DNA of 64,000 nt from a virus (taxonomy: Duplodnaviria > Caudoviricetes), in the IMG/VR virus record IMGVR_UViG_2974649007_000001, positions 1-64,000 of that record. One strand, written 5' to 3'. Below are positions 19,050-28,926 of this stretch, in pieces (the first letter of the stretch is position 1; each line of letters opens with the position of its first letter). The notes under the pieces are model-generated. The model did not search any database. It was given only the letters and a program-made list of their open reading frames with translations, and was not told the origin of the DNA. The translations under genes were made by a program, and so were the position numbers.

Positions 19050-22000
19050 CTACCGCGATCAGGGAAGCTCGCAACCGCAAGCGAAAGCCAGTGACCATCG
19101 ACGGTCAGTGGACTATCGCCCATCCAACCAAAACCGCACTGGCTGTGCAGGGGGCGTTGATTGAGGGCTCGAAGGGTGCCTCGAAACCTCCAGCGCAGTA
19201 CGTGCCGGTGGAAGCGCCGCAGTCTCTGCGCAGTAAGGCGCGCGGCCGCATCCTTGACCTGATCGCCCACGGCCCTATCGTGGGGCTGGTCAACGGACTG
19301 CAGTCGATCCTGCTGGACGAGACGCCGCTGCAAAACCCCGACGGCACGTTCAACTTCGAGGGTGTGGTCGTCCAGACCCGTGAAGGCTACCCAGACCAGG
19401 CATACATCCCTGGTTTCACAGCCGTGGAGAACAGCGTCGAGGTCAACGCCGAGATCAAGTTCGCCACGCCGATCGTGCGCTCTGTCACAAACAACGACGC
19501 CAACGCGGTCATTGTGACAGTCGCCATCCAGGGCCTGACCGAGCAGAAGTCCAACGGTGACCTGCTGGGTTACAAGCTGCCCTACGCTGTGGACGTGCGC
19601 CAGGGCCTGGGTGCCTGGACAACCTCGTTGGTTGACACCATCGACGGTAAGACCACCACCACCTACCAGCGCTCGAGCCGCATCCCGCTGAATGGACCAG
19701 GCCCGTTCGACATCCGCGTGCGCCGAACCACTGAAGAGGCCGGCGCCAACGCCAAGATCAGTGACGACCTGTACTGGTCGATCATGACCGAGGTCATCGA
19801 CGCCCGCCTGAACTACCCCGACAGCGCCCTGGTTGCCATCGACATCGACGCCGAGCTGTTTGGCTCAAAGATGCCGGCCCGCTATTACGACATGGAACTC
19901 AGCATCATCAAGGTGCCGAGCAACTACAACCCGCGCACCCGTGAGTACACCGGGTTCTGGGACGGCACGTTCAAGCTGGCGTGGTCGGACAACCCGGCCT
20001 GGTGCTATTACGACCTGGCCACGCACCCGGTCATCGGCGCCAACAACCAGGCTGTGGATAAGTGGTCGCTGTACCGGATCGCCCAGTATTGCGACGGCAT
20101 GGTGCCGGACGGCTACGGCGGGATGGAACGCCGGTTCAGCTGCAACACGCTGTTCGCCAGCCGCGAGGAAGCGATCACCACCCTGAACACCCTGGCCAGT
20201 GTTTGGCGCGGGATGGTTTACTGGGGCGCCGAGTCGGTCATGGCCGTGGGCGACATGCCTGGCGACGTGGTCAAGCTGGTCACGCCGGCCAACATCACCT
20301 CCGACGGCTTCGAGTACGTGGGCACCTCGCTGCGCGAGCGTCACTCCGTCGCCGTGGTGATGTGGAACGACCCGAACGATGGCTACAAGCAAGTGCCGGA
20401 GATGTACGAAGACCCTGAGAGCATTCAGCTCTTCGGCTGGCGCGAGACCCAGGTCACGGCTGCGTGCTGCACCAGCCGTGGCCAGGCACGTCGCCTGGCC
20501 AAGTGGATCTTGTACTCGGAACGGATGGAGACGGAGATCGTTTCCTACACCGCGTCGACCGACCACAGCGACCTGCGCCCAGGTGACTTCATCAAGATTT
20601 CCGACCCAGACCGGGCCGGTGTACGGCTGCACGGCCGCATCAAGCAGACTGGCGTGCGTCAGCTGACCCTGGACAAGGCGCCAGCCAACCTGCCGAACGA
20701 GACCTGGTATCTCAGCTGCGTCATGCCGTCCGGCACGATCCAGCAGCGCGAGGTGCTGAACTTCAATGGCCCTGTGGTGACGCTGAAGACCGACTTCCCA
20801 GAGGAGCCGATCAAGTCAGCCGTGTTTATCCTGTCCAGCGCCGCCGTGGTCACGCCGACCTACCGCGTGATGTCGGTGATCGAGCAGGAAGACGGGGTGA
20901 CCTACCAGATCTCCGCGACCGAGCACAACCCGAACAAGTACGACTTCGTCGAGTTCGACCTGCAGCTGCCGCCTACCCCGGACAGCACCATCCCGTCCGG
21001 CCCGCTGGCTGGCCCAGAGACGATCAGCGTCACGACCTACAAGTACATCACCGGCGGTGCCGAGCACCAGGCGCTGAACATCAGCTGGTCGAGCGTCGAC
21101 GACGTCCGGGTCACCGGCTACATCCTCGAGGTGCGAGATCCCGACGACGTCGGCTATCGAACCTTGTTCCACGGCAACTCGCTAACGGTGGACGAGAAGG
21201 ATGTCATCGACGGTGAGTGGCTGTTCAGGGTCAAGGCCACGACGGCTACTGGCCGGACGTCCGAGTGGGTGAACCTGACCGCCAACGTGGCAGGACTGCT
21301 GTTCCCAGCGCCTCCGGACACCGTGACCGTGGAAACCACCACGTTCGAGGCCACGGTCACGCCGCGCAACATTTACCCGAACCAGATGTATGAGTTCTGG
21401 CGCAGCGACGTGGCTCTGGCGGCGGGCATGATCGAGTCCAACGCCAAGCGTCTGGCCGTCGGCACCAACCTGGTGGACGTGGGGCTCAAGCCCGACACGA
21501 CCTACTATTACTACGTGCGCGGCACCAACATCTATGGCTTCTCGCAGTTCGTTGGCGCGCAGGGCAAGACCAAGAACGACTTCGACGACATCCTCAACGC
21601 CCTGGACACCGACATCCGCAAGCCGGGTGGCCTGTTCGACGAGATGGTCAACTCGGTCACGCCTGGCATCGAGAACGCGCAGCAGATTGCAGCTGCCGCT
21701 CTGGCCGAGGCGCAGGCTGCGTTGGCTGCGGCGGGTGGCTGGATTCCGCGCATGGAAGTGGTCGAGGACGGCATCACTGACCTGTCCCTGGTCGATGAAC
21801 TGCAGGCTGTGACGCTCCAGGCGCTGCGTACAACTGTCGAAGGCTTCCAGGCCTTGGTCAGCACCGAGGAAGCGACCCGGATCACCGAGGACGCGGCCCT
21901 GGCCAGCCGTATCACCACCGTCAAGGCCGAGACCGACGACCAGCTGGCCGTCGTGACCGACAAGACCTTGGTATTGGCGTCGGCTGACCAGACCCTGGCG

Positions 22001-22699
22001 CAGCAGATCACCACCCTGGACACCAAGTACGTCACCGACATCGGTGAGAACAAGTCGGCAATCGACGACGAGAAGCTGCTGCGCACCACAGCCGACGCTG
22101 CCCTGGCTAGCCGGTTGTCCCTGGTGGAAAGTGCCGTCGGCACCGACCTGGTGGCGCGCATCACGCAGGAAGAGACCACTCGAGCATCGCAAACTGAGTC
22201 GCTGGCGCAGCAGATCACCCAGCTGTCGGCCACCAACGGTGCCCAGTTCGCCAGCATCGCGCAGACCTACTCGACTGTGGCCTACGCCGACACCGCGGTG
22301 GCCCGCGCGATCACCACCGTGACCGTAAACGGCAAGAAGGCCGTGTTCGGTATCTCGGTAGATGGCGAGGTTGCTGAAATTGGTGCGATCGCAGACCGGT
22401 TCTACGTCTACAACCCAGTCGGTGGCAGCTACACGCTGGCATTCGCCGTGGCCAACGGGCAAACTGTGATCCAGGACGGTATGATCCGGGACGCATCCAT
22501 CGGGATGGCCAAGATCACGGGGGCGCTGCAGTCGGACAACTTCATCCCAGGCATTTTGGGCTGGAGACTGTCTAAAACGGGCCTCTTCGAGAACAACGGT
22601 GACACTGAAGGCTCGGGCCGCATGACCCAGACCAACCAGGCGATCACGGTGTTCGACACAGCCGGCAATCGGAAGGTGCAGCTCGGGAAGCTCTCGTAA
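19046..22699 (+). CDS. Central tail fibre/host specificity protein (lambda gpJ-like)
   Basis: DLIAHGPIVGLVNG, YPDSALV, WSDNPAWCYYDL, ERRFSCN, FnIII-like region, coiled coil, DUF1983-like C-terminus. Confidence 0.9.
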   Translation: MTTAIREARNRKRKPVTIDGQWTIAHPTKTALAVQGALIEGSKGASKPPAQYVPVEAPQSLRSKARGRILDLIAHGPIVGLVNGLQSILLDETPLQNPDGTFNFEGVVVQTREGYPDQAYIPGFTAVENSVEVNAEIKFATPIVRSVTNNDANAVIVTVAIQGLTEQKSNGDLLGYKLPYAVDVRQGLGAWTTSLVDTIDGKTTTTYQRSSRIPLNGPGPFDIRVRRTTEEAGANAKISDDLYWSIMTEVIDARLNYPDSALVAIDIDAELFGSKMPARYYDMELSIIKVPSNYNPRTREYTGFWDGTFKLAWSDNPAWCYYDLATHPVIGANNQAVDKWSLYRIAQYCDGMVPDGYGGMERRFSCNTLFASREEAITTLNTLASVWRGMVYWGAESVMAVGDMPGDVVKLVTPANITSDGFEYVGTSLRERHSVAVVMWNDPNDGYKQVPEMYEDPESIQLFGWRETQVTAACCTSRGQARRLAKWILYSERMETEIVSYTASTDHSDLRPGDFIKISDPDRAGVRLHGRIKQTGVRQLTLDKAPANLPNETWYLSCVMPSGTIQQREVLNFNGPVVTLKTDFPEEPIKSAVFILSSAAVVTPTYRVMSVIEQEDGVTYQISATEHNPNKYDFVEFDLQLPPTPDSTIPSGPLAGPETISVTTYKYITGGAEHQALNISWSSVDDVRVTGYILEVRDPDDVGYRTLFHGNSLTVDEKDVIDGEWLFRVKATTATGRTSEWVNLTANVAGLLFPAPPDTVTVETTTFEATVTPRNIYPNQMYEFWRSDVALAAGMIESNAKRLAVGTNLVDVGLKPDTTYYYYVRGTNIYGFSQFVGAQGKTKNDFDDILNALDTDIRKPGGLFDEMVNSVTPGIENAQQIAAAALAEAQAALAAAGGWIPRMEVVEDGITDLSLVDELQAVTLQALRTTVEGFQALVSTEEATRITEDAALASRITTVKAETDDQLAVVTDKTLVLASADQTLAQQITTLDTKYVTDIGENKSAIDDEKLLRTTADAALASRLSLVESAVGTDLVARITQEETTRASQTESLAQQITQLSATNGAQFASIAQTYSTVAYADTAVARAITTVTVNGKKAVFGISVDGEVAEIGAIADRFYVYNPVGGSYTLAFAVANGQTVIQDGMIRDASIGMAKITGALQSDNFIPGILGWRLSKTGLFENNGDTEGSGRMTQTNQAITVFDTAGNRKVQLGKLS

Positions 22700-23049
22700 T
22701 GTCGGTGTATGGACTGCTCGTAAACAACTCGATCGGGGATGTGTTGATTGACCCCGATCAGTTCACCATGAAACAGGTAGCCGCCGCCGTGTATTACGGC
22801 GGCGGCTACAATGGACCTGTATCAGTGAGCATGCCTGGCGTCCTGCCAGGCATGATCGTTATCATCGTGCCGCTATACGCCAGCACGGCAGGTGGCAACA
22901 TCCAAAACAACACCTATGAGTACCGCAACGTCTTCGCCGCGGTCCCCTACGGTGTAGCGGGCAACGGTGTGGTCACGTTGTACAAGGCGTCCGGTGCCAA
23001 CCTGCGAACCATTTTGAACGTGGGCATTTACGTGCTCACCCAGAACTGA
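22699..23049 (+). CDS. Tail tip accessory protein (putative)
   Basis: MSVYGLLVNNSIGDVLID start typical of small genes following gpJ. Coupled to the gpJ stop. Confidence 0.5.
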   Translation: MSVYGLLVNNSIGDVLIDPDQFTMKQVAAAVYYGGGYNGPVSVSMPGVLPGMIVIIVPLYASTAGGNIQNNTYEYRNVFAAVPYGVAGNGVVTLYKASGANLRTILNVGIYVLTQN

Positions 23050-23058
23050 GATCTGACT

Positions 23059-23928
23059 ATGTCTCATGGATTTGAAGCGATCGGCAACAACAGCAGGCTG
23101 CTGATCAACGACGCAACACCCGTCCTCACCCAGATGTTCTGGGGCAGCATCATTGTGAACGTGCTGGTGCCGGCCAACATCGAGTTCGACGACTTCGGCT
23201 CGGACTTCCCGGTGTCCTACGGCTATTGCAGCGTCACCTACTCCACCCCGTACCTGTCCCAAGTCCCGCCCCTGGTCTTCGCGCTGCCCACCAAGTGGAT
23301 GACGCCGGCCGGCCTCGGGCTGTTCGCCCACACAGGAGGGCCTGGAGCCTGGACAGGCTTCACGGTGCTGGTCACGCGCGACGTGCTGTGCCAGGAGTGG
23401 TGGTACATGGAAGCAGGCTGGGACACCGGCTGGGAGTACCGCGTCTGCGGCTTCGCCCAGGCTGGCGATGCGGGCATGGATGAATACGGCATGCGGATCT
23501 GGGGCCCGCCCCCGGAGCTGAAGGTTATCTACGATACAGCCTGGCCGGTGGTGCGATTCAAGGGGCTGCTCGGCGGCTGGGAGCTACATGGCTTCACCCG
23601 ATTCTACGAGGTCTACACCTACTGGGGTGACCGAGAGACGGACAACGTCGACATCGACTACACCATCGCCACAGGCTCACACGCCTGGGGGTACGCTGAC
23701 TGGACGACAGGTTTCCTGCTGTCAGCCATCGGCACCATCGGCACGTCGGTCGACATCGGTGACGACGACGTCGACTTCACAGCCGTTGTGCTGGTAGGGT
23801 TCCCCAACCCGGCACTCCGAGACCGGCTGTACGCCTGCGCCGTCATCGGTAAATCCCAGCACCCTAACGGCGATGTGTCAGCACTGAACTACTGGAAGAT
23901 GCTGCTCGCCGACTTCACTGGTACATAA
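23059..23928 (+). CDS. Tail tip accessory protein (putative)
   Basis: Two related halves beginning SHGFEAIGNNSRLLIND and EYGMRIWG...VIYDT. Aromatic-rich. Confidence 0.5.
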   Translation: MSHGFEAIGNNSRLLINDATPVLTQMFWGSIIVNVLVPANIEFDDFGSDFPVSYGYCSVTYSTPYLSQVPPLVFALPTKWMTPAGLGLFAHTGGPGAWTGFTVLVTRDVLCQEWWYMEAGWDTGWEYRVCGFAQAGDAGMDEYGMRIWGPPPELKVIYDTAWPVVRFKGLLGGWELHGFTRFYEVYTYWGDRETDNVDIDYTIATGSHAWGYADWTTGFLLSAIGTIGTSVDIGDDDVDFTAVVLVGFPNPALRDRLYACAVIGKSQHPNGDVSALNYWKMLLADFTGT

Positions 23929-23941
23929 TTAAGGACTGCCC

Positions 23942-24760
23942 ATGGCTACCCAGATGGAAGAGTTTGAAGCCAGCACACAGCTGCTGGTGCAGAAGGTCGA
24001 ACAGCTGATCACCAAGATCTCGGCGATGGTCGGCACCGAGGACGAGCAGGCGGCTGCGCACGCTGCTGATGCCCTGGCAGCCAAGAACGCAGCGCAGGCT
24101 GCCGCTACCGCCGCCAACGACACCCTGGTAGCCATCCAGGCGCTAGACGCCAACCAGATCGTGATCGACGTCGCCCAGGTCCTCGCCTACAAGAACGCGG
24201 CTGACGCCTCAGCAGCGGCGGCAGCGCAGGATCTGGCTGCCATCACCCAGCTGAAGGCCGACATCGTCCTGATCCAGACTGAAGTCCTCGAGGCACGCAC
24301 CTTCTGCAACAGCGTCAAGGCTCTGGCCCAGTCGGCGCAGGCTGCGCTGGAAGCCACCACCCTGGCACAGGCAGCCATAAACCAGGGCTTGCAGCAGATC
24401 ATCACCGCGCGCGACAACGCGGTCAGCGCTGCCAACTCGGCTGTCGAGAAGGCCACAGCTGCTGCCGCCAGTGCCCAGAAGGCCGAGGACGCCGTGTTGG
24501 AGAACATCCGGGACATGGTCGACCACTCGGTGCTGTCGTTCCCGATCAGCCAGACTGTGATCCGTGTCGACCTGCCACAAAACCGTTACTCCATTGCAGA
24601 GCCTGTGATAATTTGCGTCGTGAATGGCGCGGCTACCAACGTGTCGTTCGTCTGCTCTCACGAGCTGGTGGCGGGCGTTGGCGAGGTCTACACCTACGTC
24701 ACCTTCACCTTCCCGCCAGCACTGGTGGGCAAGAAGTGCAACGCATGGATCTCAGGATAA
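23942..24760 (+). CDS. Ala-rich coiled-coil fibre/adaptor protein
   Basis: Long Ala/Gln heptad stalk with a short beta-rich C-terminal domain. SD aagga. Confidence 0.5.
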   Translation: MATQMEEFEASTQLLVQKVEQLITKISAMVGTEDEQAAAHAADALAAKNAAQAAATAANDTLVAIQALDANQIVIDVAQVLAYKNAADASAAAAAQDLAAITQLKADIVLIQTEVLEARTFCNSVKALAQSAQAALEATTLAQAAINQGLQQIITARDNAVSAANSAVEKATAAAASAQKAEDAVLENIRDMVDHSVLSFPISQTVIRVDLPQNRYSIAEPVIICVVNGAATNVSFVCSHELVAGVGEVYTYVTFTFPPALVGKKCNAWISG

Positions 24761-24769
24761 GGACTGTCA

Positions 24770-27700
24770 GTGGCCAACCCAAAGAAACTCGCCAACATCG
24801 TTCTGTGCCTCCACGGCATCACAACTGTGCGTGCCGAAGTCAGCAACTTCGTGGCCCACGTCGACGATGTAAAGGCCCAGATCGCTTACATCCAAGCGAA
24901 GGGGTACACCTTTGTCAAACCCAGCCAATACGAATCCTGGCAAAACGGAACCGCGGCCGACATCGGCCCCATTTGCTGCGTCATATACGATGACGGGCTA
25001 CTGTCCAATGAGCTTATCGTACCCTGGCATATCGCGCAGGGCATCCCGTGTGGCCTCGCCATTATCACCGCGCGACTTCGGCAATTTACACCAGAAGAAG
25101 GATTTTTCAGCTGGGCTACTCTTGGAGGATGGGTCAATAGTGGTCTTGTAGAGGTGATGACGCACACCGACAACATCCACTACACCTGCCTGGGTTTGGA
25201 CGAAGACAGCGGCCTGATTGACTCGGTCCCTATCCTCGAGAACCCTTGCTACGTGGACAACGGTGACTACGTCTTCCTGCGCCCTGGCGACACCAGGTAC
25301 TACTGGGATCAGACCCTGCTGGAGAACGCGCTGTCCGTGCCGATCGTGGGCTGCGATGCCTATGACGGCAAGCTGCTGACCACGACCATCAAGATCACGC
25401 CGAAGTACACCGGGCCGGTGGCTATCCTGCGCTTCTTCACCACGCTGTCTGTGCCTATGAGCGAAGGTTACGACGCCTCTGTGGAGATCCGCGCCAACGG
25501 CGTGCTGGTCTTCAGCGGCATCGTTGCCCAGAAGGACTACGGCACACGCATCCAGTGGGAAGAGCGTGAGTTCAAGACCATCGTGCTGACCACCCCGTTC
25601 AACGTCACAGCTGGCACCGTGGTGAACCTCGAGTTCAAGACGCTGACCACAGGACCGGCGATGATGAACATCGCCGCGATCCCGACCAGCGAGGACGCGC
25701 TGTTCAGCATCACCACCAACTCGCAAGGGTTCGTGGCAGCGGGTACAGGCGAGGCGCCTGGTCGCTGGTGGAACTACACCGACTATCCAGCAGGCACGCC
25801 ATGGGCTGTGCTGCCAATGATCATCCTGTCCAACGGTACAGGGTCCACGGTCAGCCAGGCTGCCTACGAGGAGTACATCGAGAAGGACATCCGCGCCTCC
25901 CAGTGGAAGCTCAGGGATCTGCTGCACGCTAACTGGCAACTGGTCAATGTTTGGACAGGCAGCTTCACCGCAGAAGGCTCTGGCGGCTTCCAGCAGGTAG
26001 GCTGGATGAACCCCAACAAAGTCAGTGCCATGGTCAAGGCCACCTCGCCAGTAACGGGCGTGGCCAAGTACCTGAACATCGACATCGGCCCAGTCATCCC
26101 GGTGGATTACCCGCCTGAGCAGTGGGACGCTGTGTGGGAAGACGTGCAGCTGCGCAGCTACAACGCCACGTTCGACATCTACATCGCGTCCAATGGGTCA
26201 GGCCCATGGAAGAAGATCGGCACGGTGTCGCTGTGGCAGATCTACCGCGACATGGACATCGAGATCACGCCGATTGAGTGGAAGGCCAAGGTCACCAGGT
26301 ACTTCATGTTTGTGCCGGTGAACGCTGGCCCCGTCGGCGTGCCTGAGCAGAACACGGTCTACACCATCGCAGCCCTCAGCATCGGCATCCATCTGCCTGG
26401 CCCACTGGCACCCAAGCCTACGCAGATTGCCTACCCGTTCGGTGCGTATCAGCCAAACTGGATCGACCCACAGCCGTACATCCGTGAGTCCAAGGACATC
26501 AGCCTCGCGCTGCGCAACATCTTCGCGCGCAACGGAATCACGTTCGGCTACACGATCCAGGCTTACCGCAATTTCCCTCGCAGCCAGTTCCAAGGCTACG
26601 AGCTGCGCCAGACCGAGTACGTGATGGGTCGCCTGATGCTGCTGGGTGACACATCGCAGGAGGTCAACTACAACCTGATCGACGCCTACACCGGCGACAT
26701 GTTTCCGAACACGCCACACAAGGGGCTGAAGTTCCAGGTGTCGCTCGAGGGTGATCTGGTTGGCCACGGCACCGTGCGCCAGCGTGTAGGTGTGATCGAC
26801 TACTTCGCCTTCGACGCCTGGGCATTCAACGGCCAGGGTGCAGCCGGCACCGCTGACATCGTAAAGGATGTGGCCCCGGTGAACGACGGCAGCACGTTTG
26901 AAGGCGAGGTCTACGACAACGAGCGCCGGTTCCTGCAGGAGCGGGGTGCCTACGCGCTTATCATCATCAACAACAACCTGGGCACCGGCGAGCCAAACGA
27001 TGCGATCGCGGCCGACATCTTCGACCACGCTGATGCGTACATCGAGAAGATGATCTACCACGCCAAGCTGGGCAAGTGGGACGGCATCACCTCCAACATC
27101 GAGGGTGCCCCGCCGGAGTACCGGGCAAAGGCTGTGGAGTTCTACAAGAAGCTGGGCCGGCGCTGCCACCAGGAAGGTCTGATTCTGCACATCACCGCGC
27201 CGGCCACCACCAACACCGACTACGACCTGCCATCGTGGACAGGCTGGTGTGACCACGCTGCGATCCTGCCTTACGTGGACGGCATGAAGATCATGTCCTA
27301 CACCGAGACGGCTGAGTGGTCTGATCCGGGTCCTGCAGCGCCTACCGACTTCTGGAACCTGGTGTACAACTACATGTCGGCGATCTTCAAGCCGATGATG
27401 AAGCACAAGATCCTGGTCGGTGGCCGCGCGTTCGGCACCATCTGGTACTCGGCCAACCCTGATGACAGTGGGTACACCACCTACAACGAGATGATCTCGG
27501 AAGCAGCCACCCGTGCGCTGCCCATCAAGATGGGCGACACCGAGATGACCTGGAGCACCAGTGACCCGCTGATCGGCCCAAGCGGAAACAACTTCGCGCC
27601 CTTCACGCGCGTGCTGCCAGACGTCAGTGGCTGGTGCGGCACGCCACTGACCTTGCAGCGCAGCCAGGATACGGCTGAGGCTCGAGGCTTCGGCGGCGTG

Positions 27701-27826
27701 GGCATCTGGAAGATCGACGACGGCGACATCGACGAGTTCTACCCGGCGAACCGCATGTTCGGTAAGTCGCATCGGCTGTACAAGCGGACCTACAACGAGA
27801 TCGTGATTCCGCCAGAGCCGCCATAA
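24770..27826 (+). CDS. CE4 polysaccharide deacetylase + GH18-like glycoside hydrolase fusion (tail-region enzyme)
   Basis: CE4 motifs LCLHG, IYDDG, HTDNIH, AYPFG. GH18 features DGITSNIEG, MKIMSY, GPAAP, KILVG, GFGGVGIWKI. Confidence 0.75.
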   Translation: MANPKKLANIVLCLHGITTVRAEVSNFVAHVDDVKAQIAYIQAKGYTFVKPSQYESWQNGTAADIGPICCVIYDDGLLSNELIVPWHIAQGIPCGLAIITARLRQFTPEEGFFSWATLGGWVNSGLVEVMTHTDNIHYTCLGLDEDSGLIDSVPILENPCYVDNGDYVFLRPGDTRYYWDQTLLENALSVPIVGCDAYDGKLLTTTIKITPKYTGPVAILRFFTTLSVPMSEGYDASVEIRANGVLVFSGIVAQKDYGTRIQWEEREFKTIVLTTPFNVTAGTVVNLEFKTLTTGPAMMNIAAIPTSEDALFSITTNSQGFVAAGTGEAPGRWWNYTDYPAGTPWAVLPMIILSNGTGSTVSQAAYEEYIEKDIRASQWKLRDLLHANWQLVNVWTGSFTAEGSGGFQQVGWMNPNKVSAMVKATSPVTGVAKYLNIDIGPVIPVDYPPEQWDAVWEDVQLRSYNATFDIYIASNGSGPWKKIGTVSLWQIYRDMDIEITPIEWKAKVTRYFMFVPVNAGPVGVPEQNTVYTIAALSIGIHLPGPLAPKPTQIAYPFGAYQPNWIDPQPYIRESKDISLALRNIFARNGITFGYTIQAYRNFPRSQFQGYELRQTEYVMGRLMLLGDTSQEVNYNLIDAYTGDMFPNTPHKGLKFQVSLEGDLVGHGTVRQRVGVIDYFAFDAWAFNGQGAAGTADIVKDVAPVNDGSTFEGEVYDNERRFLQERGAYALIIINNNLGTGEPNDAIAADIFDHADAYIEKMIYHAKLGKWDGITSNIEGAPPEYRAKAVEFYKKLGRRCHQEGLILHITAPATTNTDYDLPSWTGWCDHAAILPYVDGMKIMSYTETAEWSDPGPAAPTDFWNLVYNYMSAIFKPMMKHKILVGGRAFGTIWYSANPDDSGYTTYNEMISEAATRALPIKMGDTEMTWSTSDPLIGPSGNNFAPFTRVLPDVSGWCGTPLTLQRSQDTAEARGFGGVGIWKIDDGDIDEFYPANRMFGKSHRLYKRTYNEIVIPPEPP

Positions 27827-28433
27827 CCACCACTGGTTATCCCAGCCATCGGCGGGGCGCTGCAGGGGCGGGTTCTACTACGGCCAGATCAAGATTGGCA
27901 CCAAGACCTACGCCCTCATTGTGTCGCCGCGCGCCACCGGCAACATCGACGGCCCTGTCATGCAGGTCGACACGGCGTACACGTTCACCGGCAACAACAT
28001 CGACAACGACGGCAAGCAGATCCAGGCCAACATGATCGCCTACGGCATCACCAAGTTCCCAGCGCAGCAGGCTGTGATGGCGCTGACCATTGGTGGCTAC
28101 AGTGACTGGTACATCCCGTCGAAGTACGAGATGGAGATCCTGTACCGGGCGCTGAAGCCGACCACGACGAACAACAACACCGTGGCGGGCGCCAACCCAT
28201 ACGCTGTGCCGACGGCGACGGTCAAGTACACCAACCCGGCTCGCACAGCGCTCACCGACTTCCGCCCAGCCGGTACAAACTTTATGACAGCGGACTTCTA
28301 TTACACTGCCACGCAAGGACCATCTGGGACGGCTTACTGCCACGCCAAACGGTTCACAAACGGGGCAGATGGGGAGGATCTGATGGAGTACGACTACCCA
28401 GTCCGAGCCATTCGTCGCGTGGAGATCAAATAA
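27827..28433 (+). pseudogene. DUF1566/Lcl-like (C-type lectin-fold) domain lacking its own start; disrupted continuation of the upstream gene
   Basis: PPLVIPAIGGALQ lies in the upstream gene's frame after TAA. An extra G in caggggc then shifts into GGFYYGQ.... The whole aligns with the paralogue at 32931. Confidence 0.65.
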
Positions 28434-28527
28434 ACTAAGGCCCAGGAAGAAGTTTGCCATCTACTTTCTTGTGGAGAAGGTGGCAAACAGCTATCCTGCC
28501 GACCACGTTATAAGGAAATAGCAGCTG

Positions 28528-28926
28528 ATGATCAACGAACCAGCTTCGAGTTCAGGGTGGCTAACACTCTTCTTCGTGTACGCCTGGTCGGTGTTGGAGC
28601 AACTCCATCCCGGCTCTGCCATGGGTGCCTCCTTTGGCTGCGTATTCTTCATTCTCCTACCTGACCCAGTCGTTACTTCCTGGGTTCAAAAACTTATTCG
28701 CAAAGTGGGACTCACAGTAGTGTCCTGGGGGTTCGGCTACGCTGTAGGGATTGCATTCTCAAACGGCAGTTCTATGCTGGCAGCGATCATAGGAGCGGCT
28801 GTAGCTTCCGGCGTCCTGGGTGCCATCAACCTGATGGTGAAGAACGACGGCGATCTGCCACAGTGGATGTCCTCACTGATTAACGCAATCCTAAGATTGA
28901 AGCGAGGCGGCGATGATGGGCAATGA
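28528..28926 (+). CDS. Putative holin
   Basis: Several TM segments, NEPASSSG start, basic C-terminus, first gene of the lysis cassette. Confidence 0.7.
   Translation: MINEPASSSGWLTLFFVYAWSVLEQLHPGSAMGASFGCVFFILLPDPVVTSWVQKLIRKVGLTVVSWGFGYAVGIAFSNGSSMLAAIIGAAVASGVLGAINLMVKNDGDLPQWMSSLINAILRLKRGGDDGQ

Noticed and set aside
24912-25151. 79-aa +1-frame ORF overlapping the atypical patch in the CE4 domain as a possible overprinted gene
   Set aside because: No SD, no recognisable features, and a length compatible with chance.
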